Part shown: piece by piece, positions 1-9,070 of the stretch
Numbering within the stretch: position 1 is the first letter of the stretch
Layout: the number at the start of each line of letters is the position of its first letter
Source: an uncultured delta proteobacterium
GTDB taxonomy: Bacteria > Desulfobacterota > Binatia > DP-6
Length of the DNA: 64,000 nucleotides
Assembly (NCBI GenBank): GCA_963815115.1
Contig: CAWFFN010000012.1
Location: 224,001-288,000, forward strand
Direction of reading: 5' to 3'
Notes under the pieces: model-generated
Told to the model about the DNA's origin: nothing
Database searches by the model: none
What the model saw: the letters and a program-made list of their open reading frames with translations, nothing else
Translations under genes and position numbers: made by a program

Positions 1-93
1 CTCGGCATCTTCATCTACGTCCGCCGCCTCGCGCGCCGCGGGCAGGAGCTGGAGGAAGAGATCCGCGACCTGCGCAGGCGAATCGAGTCCTGA
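1..93 (+). CDS. Partial small membrane protein, CcmD-like (heme exporter D family), C-terminal part
   Basis: Frame 1 reads LGIFIYVRRLARRGQELEEEIRDLRRRIES*: end of a TM helix followed by a charged coiled-coil tail typical of CcmD-family proteins; truncated by the window edge. Confidence 0.55.
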   Translation, partial: LGIFIYVRRLARRGQELEEEIRDLRRRIES

Positions 94-104
94 CCCTCGC
101 CGCC

Positions 105-1910
105 ATGCGGTTCGTCGTGTGCGTGAAATACGTTCCGGTGCTCTCGCAGCTCCGCTTCGACCCCGGGACCCGCCGCCTGATCCGCGAGGGCGTGCGGGGC
201 GAGGCCAGCAGCTTCGACGTGCGCGCGCTGCTCGGCGCGCTGCAGCTGCGCCTGGCGCACGGCGGGGAGGTGGTGGCGCTGACGATGGGGCCGCCGCCCG
301 CCCGCGAGGCGCTCGTGCACTGCCTCGCGCTCGGTGCCGACCGCGGCGTCCACCTGTGCGATCCCGCGCTCGCCGGCTCCGACACGCTCGCCACCGCGCG
401 CGTGCTCGCCGCGGCGCTCCGGCGCGAGCAGCCCGATCTGATCCTTCTCGGGCGGGCGAGCGTGGACGCCGAGACCGGACAGGTGGGGCCCGAGGTGGCC
501 GAGCTCCTCGACCTGCCGCAGGCGACGGCGGTCCGGCGGCTGGAGCTCGATGCGGAGGCGCGCACGTTCGAGGCGGAACGCGAGACCGACGACGGCTCGG
601 AACGGGTGCGCGGCCCGCTGCCCGCCCTGGTGACGGCGGGCGAGGACCTCGCCGAGGAGCGCTTCCCGAACAAGGCCGAGCGCCAGGCCGCGGCGGAGAA
701 GCCGATCGCGACCCTCGCGCTGGCCGACCTCGGGCTGGGTGCCGCCGATGCGGGCGACGCGGGCTCGCCGACGTGGGTGGCCGGCATCGAGGAGGTCTCC
801 CATGCCCGGCGTGGCGAGCTGATCGAGGGAAGCGAACCGGCCGCCCTCGCCCGGCAGCTGGGCGAGCGCCTGCGGGCCCTCGGCGCGCTCGGTGCGGACG
901 CGCGCGATCATCCGCCGCTGCCCTCGTGGACGCCGGGTGCACGGCCGGCGATCTGGGTGGTCGCCGAGGTGGGACCAGCGGGTCCGCGCGCCATCACGGC
1001 GGAGCTGCTCGCCAAGGCGGCCCACCTCGCCGGCTCGCTCGGGAGCAGCGTCGAGGCGATCGTGATCGGCTCCGGCGCGGAGCACGCCGCGGCGCTCGCG
1101 GCCGCCGGCGCGGACCGCGTCCTGATCGCCGACGCGCCCGGCCTCGCGCCCTACACCACCGAGTCGCACGCCGCGGTCCTCGCCGACGCCATCCGCGACC
1201 GGCAGCCGCGGCTCGTGCTGCTCGGCTCCACCGCGCTCGGCCGTGATCTCGCCCCCCGGGTGGCGGCTCGACTGGGGCTCGGCCTCACGGGTGATGCCAT
1301 CGACCTCGAGGTCGACGGCGAGGGCCGCGTGCGCCAGATGAAGCCCGCCTTCGGCGGCTCGATCGTGGCGCCGGTCCTGTCGCGCACACGGCCGGAGATG
1401 GCGACCGTGCGGCCGGGCATCCTGCACGCCGCGCGGCCCGACCCGTCGCGCCGGCCGGTGGTCGAGCGCCTGGTCGCGCGCGCGGCGGTGAGCCGGGTGC
1501 AGGTCGTCGGCCGCCGGACGGTCGGCGGCGGCGCCGCGGAGGCGCTCGAGACGGCGACGCTGGTGCTCGGCGTCGGCAAGGGAGTCGGCGGACCGGAGGC
1601 GCTGCCCGCGATCGAGCAGCTCGCGTCTCGCCTGGGCGCGGCCGTCGCGGCGACCCGCGAGGTGACCGACGCCGGCTGGCTGCCGCGCCAGCATCAGGTC
1701 GGTCTCACCGGACGCGCGATCGCTCCCCGCCTCTACGTCGCGCTCGCCATCAGCGGTGCGATGGAGCACCTGGTCGGGCTGCGCCGGGCGGGGACGATCG
1801 TGGCCATCAACAAGAGCCCCAAGGCGCCGATCCTGAAGGCCGCGGATCTCGCCATCCTCGCCGACGTGCACGAGGTCCTGCCCCACCTCGAGGCCGCCCT
1901 GCGGCCGTGA
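105..1910 (+). CDS. Fused electron transfer flavoprotein beta-alpha (EtfB-EtfA)
   Basis: N-term VCVKYVP, GADRG, GSDTLATA, DAETGQVG (ETF beta); C-term GRDLAPRVAARL, QVGLTG, LYVALAISGAMEHLVG, AINKSPKAPI (ETF alpha FAD domain). Confidence 0.9.
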   Translation: MRFVVCVKYVPVLSQLRFDPGTRRLIREGVRGEASSFDVRALLGALQLRLAHGGEVVALTMGPPPAREALVHCLALGADRGVHLCDPALAGSDTLATARVLAAALRREQPDLILLGRASVDAETGQVGPEVAELLDLPQATAVRRLELDAEARTFEAERETDDGSERVRGPLPALVTAGEDLAEERFPNKAERQAAAEKPIATLALADLGLGAADAGDAGSPTWVAGIEEVSHARRGELIEGSEPAALARQLGERLRALGALGADARDHPPLPSWTPGARPAIWVVAEVGPAGPRAITAELLAKAAHLAGSLGSSVEAIVIGSGAEHAAALAAAGADRVLIADAPGLAPYTTESHAAVLADAIRDRQPRLVLLGSTALGRDLAPRVAARLGLGLTGDAIDLEVDGEGRVRQMKPAFGGSIVAPVLSRTRPEMATVRPGILHAARPDPSRRPVVERLVARAAVSRVQVVGRRTVGGGAAEALETATLVLGVGKGVGGPEALPAIEQLASRLGAAVAATREVTDAGWLPRQHQVGLTGRAIAPRLYVALAISGAMEHLVGLRRAGTIVAINKSPKAPILKAADLAILADVHEVLPHLEAALRP

Positions 1911-3013
1911 CCCTGCCGGCGTCGCCCGACGTCCTCGTGATCGGCGGGGGCGTGATCGGCTGCGCGGTCGCGCGCGCCGTGGCTCGACCCGGGCGCTCGG
2001 TGCTGCTCGTCGACCGCGGAGCGATCGGCGGCGAGGCGTCGTCGGCTGCGGCGGGCGTGCTCTCGGTGGCGAGCGGCGACGCCGACGGCTCGAGCCTCGC
2101 GCTGCGTCGCGCCGGCCTGCTGCGCTTCCCGGCGCTGGCGGCGGCGCTGCGCGAGGAGACCGGTGTCGACGTCGAGCTGGATCTGGATGGCGCGATCGTG
2201 CTCGCGCTGGACGAGGAGGAGGCCGCGGCTCTGCGCGAGCGCGCCGCGCGCCGCCGCGCCCAGGGCCTGGGCGCGGAGTGGCTGGACGCAGATGCGCTGC
2301 ACGAGGCGGAGCCGCAGGCGAACCCGGCGGCGTGCGGCGGCGCACTGCATCCCGGTGACGGCCGCGTCACGTGCGAGCGGCTGGTGGAAGCGCTCGCCGA
2401 GGCGGCGCGGAGGCGCGGCGCCTCGCTGGTCCCGGGTGCGGAGGTGCGGGCCGCGGAACGGCGCGGCGAACGGCTCGTGCGCGTGCGGGTGGCCGGTACG
2501 TGGATCGTGCCCGGGACGGTCGTCCTGGCGGCCGGCGCCTGGGCAGCGCGGGTCGCGGGAATCGCGCCCGACCTGCCGGTGCGGGCGGTGCGCGGACAGA
2601 TGCTCGCGCTGCGGGCGCCGGCTGGTCGGCTGCGCCACGTCCTGTTTCACGGCGACGGCTGCCTCACGCCGCGCCCGCGCGGCGGCGAGGTGCTCGTCGG
2701 CGGCACGGTCGAGGACGCCGGGTTCGACAAGGCGGTCACCGCCCCGGGTGTGCTCGCGCTGCTCGACGACGTGCGCCGCATCGTCCCTGCGGCGCTCGAC
2801 TGGCCGATCGCCCGGCTGTGGGCCGGGCTGCGCCCTCATGCGCCCGGCGGCGGCCCGCTCATCGGCCGCCATCCCCGGCTCGACAACCTCATCGTGGCCA
2901 CGGGTCACTACCGCAACGGCATCCTCCTCGCTCCGCTGACCGCCGAGGCGGTCGCCGCCGCCGTCGAGGGCGCGGCGATGCCCGCCGAGGTCGCGCCCTT
3001 CGGCCCTGTGTGA
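1907..3013 (+). CDS. thiO: Glycine oxidase ThiO / D-amino acid oxidase family
   Basis: VIGGGVIG FAD motif, ASSAAAG, VRGQM, WAGLRP, ATGHYRNGILLAP; 4-bp overlap with the ETF gene. Confidence 0.8.
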   Translation: MTLPASPDVLVIGGGVIGCAVARAVARPGRSVLLVDRGAIGGEASSAAAGVLSVASGDADGSSLALRRAGLLRFPALAAALREETGVDVELDLDGAIVLALDEEEAAALRERAARRRAQGLGAEWLDADALHEAEPQANPAACGGALHPGDGRVTCERLVEALAEAARRRGASLVPGAEVRAAERRGERLVRVRVAGTWIVPGTVVLAAGAWAARVAGIAPDLPVRAVRGQMLALRAPAGRLRHVLFHGDGCLTPRPRGGEVLVGGTVEDAGFDKAVTAPGVLALLDDVRRIVPAALDWPIARLWAGLRPHAPGGGPLIGRHPRLDNLIVATGHYRNGILLAPLTAEAVAAAVEGAAMPAEVAPFGPV

Positions 3014-3720
3014 TGCGACAGGGCCCCGCGGCCGCCCGGCTCGACTGGGAAGCGATCGAGCGCGCGCTCGACCAGCGCGGTCACGCGGTCACTCCGCCGC
3101 TGCTCGCGCCGGCCGAGTGCCGGGCGGTGGGAAGGATGTGGCGAGACGAAGGCCGCTTCCGCAGCCACATCGACATGGCCCGCCATCGCTTCGGCGTCGG
3201 CGAGTATCGCTACTTCGCGGAGCCGCTGCCGCCCGTCGTCGCGCGCCTCCGGACGTGGGCCTATGCCCGCCTGGCGCCGACCGCCAATCGCTGGACAGCC
3301 GCGCTCGGGCGCGACGAGCGCTTCCCGGAGACGCTCCCGGCCTTCACGTCGTTCTGCGCGGCGCGCGGCCAGCGGCGCCCGACGCCGCTTCTGCTGCGCT
3401 ATCTGCCCGGGGGCTACAACTGCCTCCACCAGGACGTCTACGGCGCGGTCGCCTTCCCCCTCCAGATCACGCTGCTGCTCAGCCGGCCGGGCAGCGACTT
3501 CGCCGGCGGCGAGTTCCTGCTCGTCGAGCAGCGACCGCGCTCCCAGTCACGCGGGCTGGTCGTCCCGCTCGAGCAGGGGCAGGCGGTCATCTTCCCGAAC
3601 CGATACCGGCCGGAGGCGGGGACGCGCGGCACCTACCGCGTGAACGTGCGCCACGGCGTGAGCGAGCTGCGCTCCGGGAAGCGCCTCGCCCTGGGCATCA
3701 TCTTCCACGACGCGGAGTGA
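3013..3720 (+). CDS. 2OG-Fe(II) oxygenase (DUF2086-like)
   Basis: ATG overlaps thiO stop; GEYRYF, YNCLHQD (HxD), GGEFLLVEQRPRSQSRG, RHGVS, LGIIFHDA. Confidence 0.85.
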   Translation: MRQGPAAARLDWEAIERALDQRGHAVTPPLLAPAECRAVGRMWRDEGRFRSHIDMARHRFGVGEYRYFAEPLPPVVARLRTWAYARLAPTANRWTAALGRDERFPETLPAFTSFCAARGQRRPTPLLLRYLPGGYNCLHQDVYGAVAFPLQITLLLSRPGSDFAGGEFLLVEQRPRSQSRGLVVPLEQGQAVIFPNRYRPEAGTRGTYRVNVRHGVSELRSGKRLALGIIFHDAE

Positions 3721-3724
3721 CGGT

Positions 3725-3913
3725 TCAGCCGTCCTTCGGCGTCGCCACGGTGTCCTCGTCGAGCCGCCGCACGGCCGCCTCGTACACCGTCATGCGCAGC
3801 CCCTGCGCCGTCTCGATTTCGAGCAGGCCGCCGCGGCGCGCGAGCACCGTGAACACGCCGGGCACCTGGAGGGTGATCACCTGGTCCCCGACCTCGATCG
3901 TACCCGTGGCCAT
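3725..3913 (-). CDS. Small hypothetical protein (62 aa, possible SH3/KOW-like beta fold)
   Basis: Fills the gap after riboflavin synthase; non-shadow amino acid composition (IEVGDQVIT...VFTVL...LEIET). Confidence 0.6.
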   Translation of the reverse strand: MATGTIEVGDQVITLQVPGVFTVLARRGGLLEIETAQGLRMTVYEAAVRRLDEDTVATPKDG

Positions 3914-3949
3914 CCGGGCGGCGGAGATACCCGGTCGGGTGCGCCCGCG

Positions 3950-4552
3950 TCAACGAGGACGACGGCGTGCGCGCAGCAGGGACTCGATGTGCTTGAGCAG
4001 GACGTCGGCCTCGAGATTGACCCGATCGCCCGGCCCCCGCTCGGCCAGGGTCGTCTGCCGGAGCGTGTGGGGGATGAGCGCGACCTGGAAACGGCCGTCC
4101 TGGCAGCTGAAGACGGTGAGACTCACGCCGTCGACCGCGATCGAGCCCTTCTCCACCAGGTAGGGCCAGATCGCCTTCGGGGCCCGGAAGCGGTACAGAA
4201 CCCACTCTCCTTCCGGCCTGATCGCGTCGAGGCGGCCGACCCCATCCACGTGTCCCTGCACGATGTGCCCGCCCAGGCGATCGCCCACCCGCAGCGCGCG
4301 CTCCAGGTTCACGCGCGCGCCGCGCGCCAGCGCGCCCATCGTCGTCCGGCGCAAGGTCTCTGGCGACACGTCGACGGTGAATCGGCGGCCGTTGCCGGAG
4401 GTGACGGTGAGACAGGTGCCATTGACCGCGATGCTCTCACCGAGCGCCAGGCGCGGGAGCGCCTTTCCGGCCGCGAGCGTGAGGCGGGCTCCTCCGCCCT
4501 GCGGGCTCACGCGCTCGACCCGGCCCGTGGTCTCGATGATGCCGGTGAACAC
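3950..4552 (-). CDS. ribE: Riboflavin synthase alpha chain
   Basis: GTG-FTGIIE N-terminal signature, GESIAVNGTCLTV, VNLERAL, GGHIVQGHVDG, KGSIAVDGVSLTV, LIPHT. Confidence 0.95.
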   Translation of the reverse strand: MFTGIIETTGRVERVSPQGGGARLTLAAGKALPRLALGESIAVNGTCLTVTSGNGRRFTVDVSPETLRRTTMGALARGARVNLERALRVGDRLGGHIVQGHVDGVGRLDAIRPEGEWVLYRFRAPKAIWPYLVEKGSIAVDGVSLTVFSCQDGRFQVALIPHTLRQTTLAERGPGDRVNLEADVLLKHIESLLRARRRPR

Positions 4553-4584
4553 CCGGTCCGCCCCGGCAGGTCCGCCCGTCCCGC

Positions 4585-4908
4585 CTACTCTTCGAGTTTC
4601 GGCTGGTAGAACAGACGACCGAGCCAGCTGTCGTGCTCCCGCCGGGCGACGACCTCGAGCTGGTTCTTGTCGAGCCACGTGCCGCAGTCGACAGGACACT
4701 GCAGCACCTCGACGCCGTGGATCTGGACGGGGTTCAGCACCGCGCCGCAGCGCGGACAGTGTCCTTTCGCGCTCTCCTCGACTCCCATGACCTGGCTGCG
4801 CTTCAGGCGCTCGATGGCCTCGCGGTCCCGCTCCTGGAAGAAGCGATCTTCCTCACCCTTCTCCTTCTCCTGGAGGCGCTTGCCCAGACGGTCCTTGCTG
4901 TCTTCCAT
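4585..4908 (-). CDS. zf-TFIIB zinc ribbon protein with charged N-terminal helix
   Basis: CPRC...CPVDCGTWLD zinc ribbon; GGAGG RBS upstream. Confidence 0.8.
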   Translation of the reverse strand: MEDSKDRLGKRLQEKEKGEEDRFFQERDREAIERLKRSQVMGVEESAKGHCPRCGAVLNPVQIHGVEVLQCPVDCGTWLDKNQLEVVARREHDSWLGRLFYQPKLEE

Positions 4909-5116
4909 CGATCCTCCCTCGTACCCGCGCGAACGTGCCGTGCATCCAGTTCTGCAGCCGACGGGCCCAGTGGAACTCGTTCCCGAGCAGCGTGACGCCT
5001 AGGAACACCAGGAGCAACCCCGGTCCGGGGACGAGAGGCAGGCTCAGGATGGCGCCGACGACGAGCAGCAGGATGCCCAGGACGAGGCGCCCGAGACGGA
5101 TTGTGTACTGCATCAT
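4853..5116 (-). CDS. PGPGW-family small membrane protein
   Basis: Hydrophobic hairpin with VPGPGLLLVFLG and EFHWARRL. Confidence 0.75.
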   Translation of the reverse strand: MMQYTIRLGRLVLGILLLVVGAILSLPLVPGPGLLLVFLGVTLLGNEFHWARRLQNWMHGTFARVRGRIDGRQQGPSGQAPPGEGEG

Positions 5117-5146
5117 GGTACGCCGACGGCTCCCCCGCAGCGGCGC

Positions 5147-5225
5147 GAATTCTACGCTCGGCCTCGGAAGACCGTCAACGACTCGAGCGGAGCCATTGAC
5201 GGCACCGGGGCCGTGGGCCACGAAG
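5147..5225. promoter_or_regulatory. Divergent sigma70-type promoters with mirrored TTGACG -35 boxes
   Basis: Minus strand TTGACG-N18-TAGAAT toward the PGPGW gene; plus strand TTGACG-N17-CACGAA ending 7 nt before the TetR ATG. Confidence 0.5.
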
Positions 5226-5231
5226 AGCGGG

Positions 5232-5831
5232 ATGGACGCGCGCGAGAAGATCATCTCCACCGCGGTGCGGCTCTTCTCCGCGCAGGGCTACGGCAACACG
5301 TCCCTCTCGCAGGTGGCGAAGGAGGCCGAGGTCTCGAAGGCGCTGATCTTCTGGCACTTCGACAACAAGGAGACGCTGTTCCGCACCGCCGTCCAGCGCA
5401 CCCTCGAGCCCTACTTCATCAACGTCCTCGACGACCTGGCGGGGCTCTCGGAGGTGGATCAGATCAAGCGCCTGGTCGATCAGTACTACGCCTTCGTCTC
5501 CGAGAACCTCTACTCGGTGAAGTTCTTCCTGAGCCTCATCCTCCGCGAGGAGAAGCATCCCGCGGATCTCGTCGGTCACATGAACGAGCTGCAGCGCGTC
5601 TATCTGAACCTCCTCGCCGACATCCTGGAGAGCGGACGCCAGAAGGGACTGTTCCGCGAGTCGATGAGCCCGCGGCTCGATGCCGCGCTGCTCATGAGCG
5701 CGCTGCACGGCATCCTGGTGCAGGGATTTCTCGGCGGCGACGTGCCGGAGCACTCGGCGGAGCTTCTTGCGCACCTCAAGACCACCTTGGTGGACGCACT
5801 GCGCCGTCAACCGACTCCCGAAAAGTCTTGA
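5232..5831 (+). CDS. TetR/AcrR family transcriptional regulator
   Basis: HTH: REKIISTAVRLFSAQGYGNTSLSQVAKEAEVSKALIFWHFDNKETL. Confidence 0.9.
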   Translation: MDAREKIISTAVRLFSAQGYGNTSLSQVAKEAEVSKALIFWHFDNKETLFRTAVQRTLEPYFINVLDDLAGLSEVDQIKRLVDQYYAFVSENLYSVKFFLSLILREEKHPADLVGHMNELQRVYLNLLADILESGRQKGLFRESMSPRLDAALLMSALHGILVQGFLGGDVPEHSAELLAHLKTTLVDALRRQPTPEKS

Positions 5832-5856
5832 CATTTACTCAATAATTTTCGATAGC
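5828..5856 (+). promoter_or_regulatory. Sigma70-type promoter of DUF1302 gene, likely leaderless
   Basis: TTGACA (overlapping the TetR stop), AT-rich 17-nt spacer, GATAGC, then 7 nt to ATG; no SD. Confidence 0.55.
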
Positions 5857-5863
5857 GCCGGCC

Positions 5864-7903
5864 ATGGGGGCGTGGACCGGCTGGCTGAGGCTCGGCGTCG
5901 TAGCGGTGCTCGGCTGCTCCGCCGTCTGCGAGGCGTTCTATCTCGACCCGGGACGCAACTTCGACGTCCGGCTGCGAGCCTACTCGCAGCTCGGCATCAT
6001 GGCAGAGGATGCCGCTCAGCAGGGCTGCGCCCCGTTCACCACGACGATCAACGGGAAGAAGGTGGTCATCCCGGGCGGCAATCCCGCCGTCTGCCCGCCG
6101 CAGTACAGCTTTGGCGACCTGGCACAGCACCGGAACTTCTACAACCCGGAGTTCGACGCCAAGCTCACCGACTACATGCGCTGGACGAACGACGTGCCCG
6201 GCATGGGCTGGTTCACGCCGGACGACTTGAAGTTCCGCTTCGCGTGGTGGGGATTCTACGACGGCCTGTACGACTACCTGGATCCCGAATGGGACCAGCA
6301 CCGGCGCGATCCGAGCAAGCAGTTCCGTCCCGCCAAGTTCGGCATCGCGCGCTTCTCGCAGACGGATAGCCCCACTCGGCCCTACACCTTCCAGGACGAG
6401 AACAAGAACCCGCGCCACTTCTACGCGTCACGCAACCGTATCAACGAGCTCTACGTCGACTACACGAAGGGCCCGCTTTTTCTCCGCGTCGGCCGCCAGG
6501 CCATCTCGTGGGGCGAGTCCGACACCGTCGCCCTGCTCGACGTGCAGAACCCCTTCGACCTGCTGCTGGCCGCGCCGGGGTTCTTCCAGGACGTCGACGA
6601 GGCGCGCATCCCGCTGTGGACCCTGCGTACCACCTACAAGCTGCTCGACAGCTGGAAGTTCATCTCGAGCGGGTTCCTGGACGCGTACATGGTGCCCGGC
6701 CCGATCGACACCACGATCCCGAACGACCCCATCACCTACGGCGTCTCGCCCTTCAACCCGGATGTGCCGAACCCGCAGGGGAACATCTTCCTGCAGGGGC
6801 AGGAGGGCCTCCTGCACACGGTCGTGGTCGACAGGCTGCCGGAGAAGAACTGGGCGAACACGCGCTGGGGCGCCCGCCTGCAGGCCCTGCTGTTCCGCGA
6901 CTACACCGTGCAGGGGTGGTTCTTCCGCACCTTCAACCAGGCGCCCGTGCCATTGCTGAGCAGCACGTCGGCGTTCACCCTGTCGACGAACCCGGACAAG
7001 ATCTCGCTGATCGACGATCGCGGCTTCCGCACCCCGCTCTGCCTCGACGACAACGGCAACCGCATCCCGCGCAGGAACGCGGCGGGCGGCTCGAACGCCG
7101 GCGTGCCCGGCCACACCCCGGTCGGTCGACCCTGCTCGTGGCAGGCGCCCGTGGTCACCACGCTCAACCGCCGGCTCGAGTCGGTGATCGGCCTCGCCGC
7201 CTCGTGGTTCAGCGAGCCGCTGAACGGCATCGTCCGGACGGAGGCGGAGTACTTCGTCAACGAGCTGGCGTTCATCCCCGGCGTGAACCTGAACCCGCGA
7301 GCTCAGCTCCCGAAGTCCCTCCGCAACAACCCGGCGCTGGATCTCGGCTACAAGAAGAACATCGTCAATACGATCCCGACGGCGAACTACCTCCGCTGGG
7401 TGCTCGCCTACGATCGGTTCTTCTTCTTCCGGCCGCTCAACCCGACCAACTCGTTCACGCTGTCGATGTCGTACAACAGCTCGTTCAACCTGAGCGAGAA
7501 CGGCGGGCGCGATTTCCGCAATCCCCAGGCCAAGCCCGGGAAATCGCAGACCCAGAGCGTCAACACCGGGCTCGGGACCGGTTGCAAGGGCAAGCAGGCG
7601 GCCACCAACCCGCTCTGCATCACGGCGGTGCCGCGCAACTTCGAGGACGCCTACCAGTACGAGGGCTTCCTCACCACGACCCTCCAGACCGACTACATGC
7701 ACGGGCGGCTCGAGCCCCGCATCACCATCATCACCGACGTGAGCGGCATCTTCGCCTTCCAGCCCACGGTCACCTACCGCGTCACCGACAACTTCCTCCT
7801 CGGCGCCACCTACCTGGCGATCGCCACCCAGCGGAAGGCGGGACTCGGAACCTTCCGCGCGCACGACATGTTCCAGCTGCGCGCGACGGTGCAGCTGAAC
7901 TGA
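5864..7903 (+). CDS. DUF1302 family outer membrane beta-barrel protein (paralog 1)
   Basis: Signal peptide; NELYVD, LRVGRQAISWGESD, NPFD; C-terminal beta strand QLRATVQLN. Confidence 0.8.
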   Translation: MGAWTGWLRLGVVAVLGCSAVCEAFYLDPGRNFDVRLRAYSQLGIMAEDAAQQGCAPFTTTINGKKVVIPGGNPAVCPPQYSFGDLAQHRNFYNPEFDAKLTDYMRWTNDVPGMGWFTPDDLKFRFAWWGFYDGLYDYLDPEWDQHRRDPSKQFRPAKFGIARFSQTDSPTRPYTFQDENKNPRHFYASRNRINELYVDYTKGPLFLRVGRQAISWGESDTVALLDVQNPFDLLLAAPGFFQDVDEARIPLWTLRTTYKLLDSWKFISSGFLDAYMVPGPIDTTIPNDPITYGVSPFNPDVPNPQGNIFLQGQEGLLHTVVVDRLPEKNWANTRWGARLQALLFRDYTVQGWFFRTFNQAPVPLLSSTSAFTLSTNPDKISLIDDRGFRTPLCLDDNGNRIPRRNAAGGSNAGVPGHTPVGRPCSWQAPVVTTLNRRLESVIGLAASWFSEPLNGIVRTEAEYFVNELAFIPGVNLNPRAQLPKSLRNNPALDLGYKKNIVNTIPTANYLRWVLAYDRFFFFRPLNPTNSFTLSMSYNSSFNLSENGGRDFRNPQAKPGKSQTQSVNTGLGTGCKGKQAATNPLCITAVPRNFEDAYQYEGFLTTTLQTDYMHGRLEPRITIITDVSGIFAFQPTVTYRVTDNFLLGATYLAIATQRKAGLGTFRAHDMFQLRATVQLN

Positions 7904-7931
7904 GAGCGGCCGTCGCGGCCGCGCCGCGCGC

Positions 7932-8642
7932 TCACCGGTGGCGGAGGTGCAGCGCGAGCGAGAGCGCGAAGTAGTAGGCGACGAAGGCGAGCGAGGCGAC
8001 CAGCAGCGTCCGCGTCGACGCCGAGCCGAGGTGGAAGAGCGCCCAGATGATGACCACGCCCCAGGCGCTGCCGAGCGTCACGGTGAGCCCGCGCAGCGTC
8101 GGCGTGCGCGACGGGTAGACGTAGCGCAGCGGCACGAACACCCCGACGGCGAGGATTGCCAGCACGACGGCGTTCGCCGCCGGGGGCCAGCCGAGCACGT
8201 AGAGGTAGAACGCGACCACGTTCCAGTACGACGGGAAGCCGGTGAAGAAGTGGTCGGCCGTCTTCGCCGCCGTCTGGCTGAACCCGTAGGCGCTCGCCAC
8301 GGTCACCAGCGCCGCGAGCGGCAGCTCGAGGGCCGCGGGGAGCAGGCGCATGTGGAGCAGGAAGAAGACCGGCACGACGACGTAGGTGAAGTAGTCGACG
8401 ATGTCGTCCAGCCGGCTGCCGTCGACCCACGGGAGGACCTCCCTGACGCGCACGGCGCGCGCCAGCGTGCCGTCGACGGAATCGATCGCCATCGTGTACG
8501 CCATCCACAGGAAGGCCGTCGCCGCATCCCCGTTCACGGTTGCCTGCAAGGCGAGGATGCCGGCGGGGACGCTGCTCGCGGTGAGCAGGTGGACCCCCCA
8601 GGCGGCGAGCCTCCGCGCGGGCCCGAACCGGGTCGCGCTCAC
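7932..8642 (-). CDS. pcs: Phosphatidylcholine synthase (CDP-alcohol phosphatidyltransferase)
   Basis: VHLLTAS, DSVDGTLAR, DGSRLDDIVDY, FTGFPSYWN; GTG overlaps the upstream stop. Confidence 0.85.
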   Translation of the reverse strand: MSATRFGPARRLAAWGVHLLTASSVPAGILALQATVNGDAATAFLWMAYTMAIDSVDGTLARAVRVREVLPWVDGSRLDDIVDYFTYVVVPVFFLLHMRLLPAALELPLAALVTVASAYGFSQTAAKTADHFFTGFPSYWNVVAFYLYVLGWPPAANAVVLAILAVGVFVPLRYVYPSRTPTLRGLTVTLGSAWGVVIIWALFHLGSASTRTLLVASLAFVAYYFALSLALHLRHR

Positions 8643-9020
8643 ACCGGCAGCCAGAGGATCTGCACCAGGTTGCCGTCGGGATCGCGGCAGTAGACCGACA
8701 CCGAGCCGTCGCGGTGTTGGCGCGGCTCGCGCGCGATGGGGACGCCGCGCGCGCGCAGGCGCTCCGCGGCGGCGCGGACCTCCTCGGCCGAGCCGACCAC
8801 GAAGCCGAGGTGATCGAGCGCGCCGCCGGGGACGACGTCGGCCGCCTGATGCAGCGCGAGGTTGTCGTGCCCGGAGCTGAGATAGACGTTCTCCGGGTCG
8901 GGGCTCCACACGACGCGCATGTCGAAGTGCTCCTGGTAGAAGGCCGTCGCGGCACGGACGTCGCGCACGCGGAGCGCCACGTGGCAGAGCCCGCGGACCG
9001 CGGCCTGGCGCCTCTGCCAT
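8639..9020 (-). CDS. VOC/glyoxalase family protein, probable 1-nt frameshift just after the start
   Basis: HVALRVRD, DHLGF, YCRDPDGNLVQI; promoter-proximal ATG (9020) is one base out of frame with the domain. Confidence 0.8.
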
Positions 9021-9070
9021 GGCGCGCTTGTACTGGCCGCGGCCGCGGCCGGCAACCGCGGGGGCGCTTG

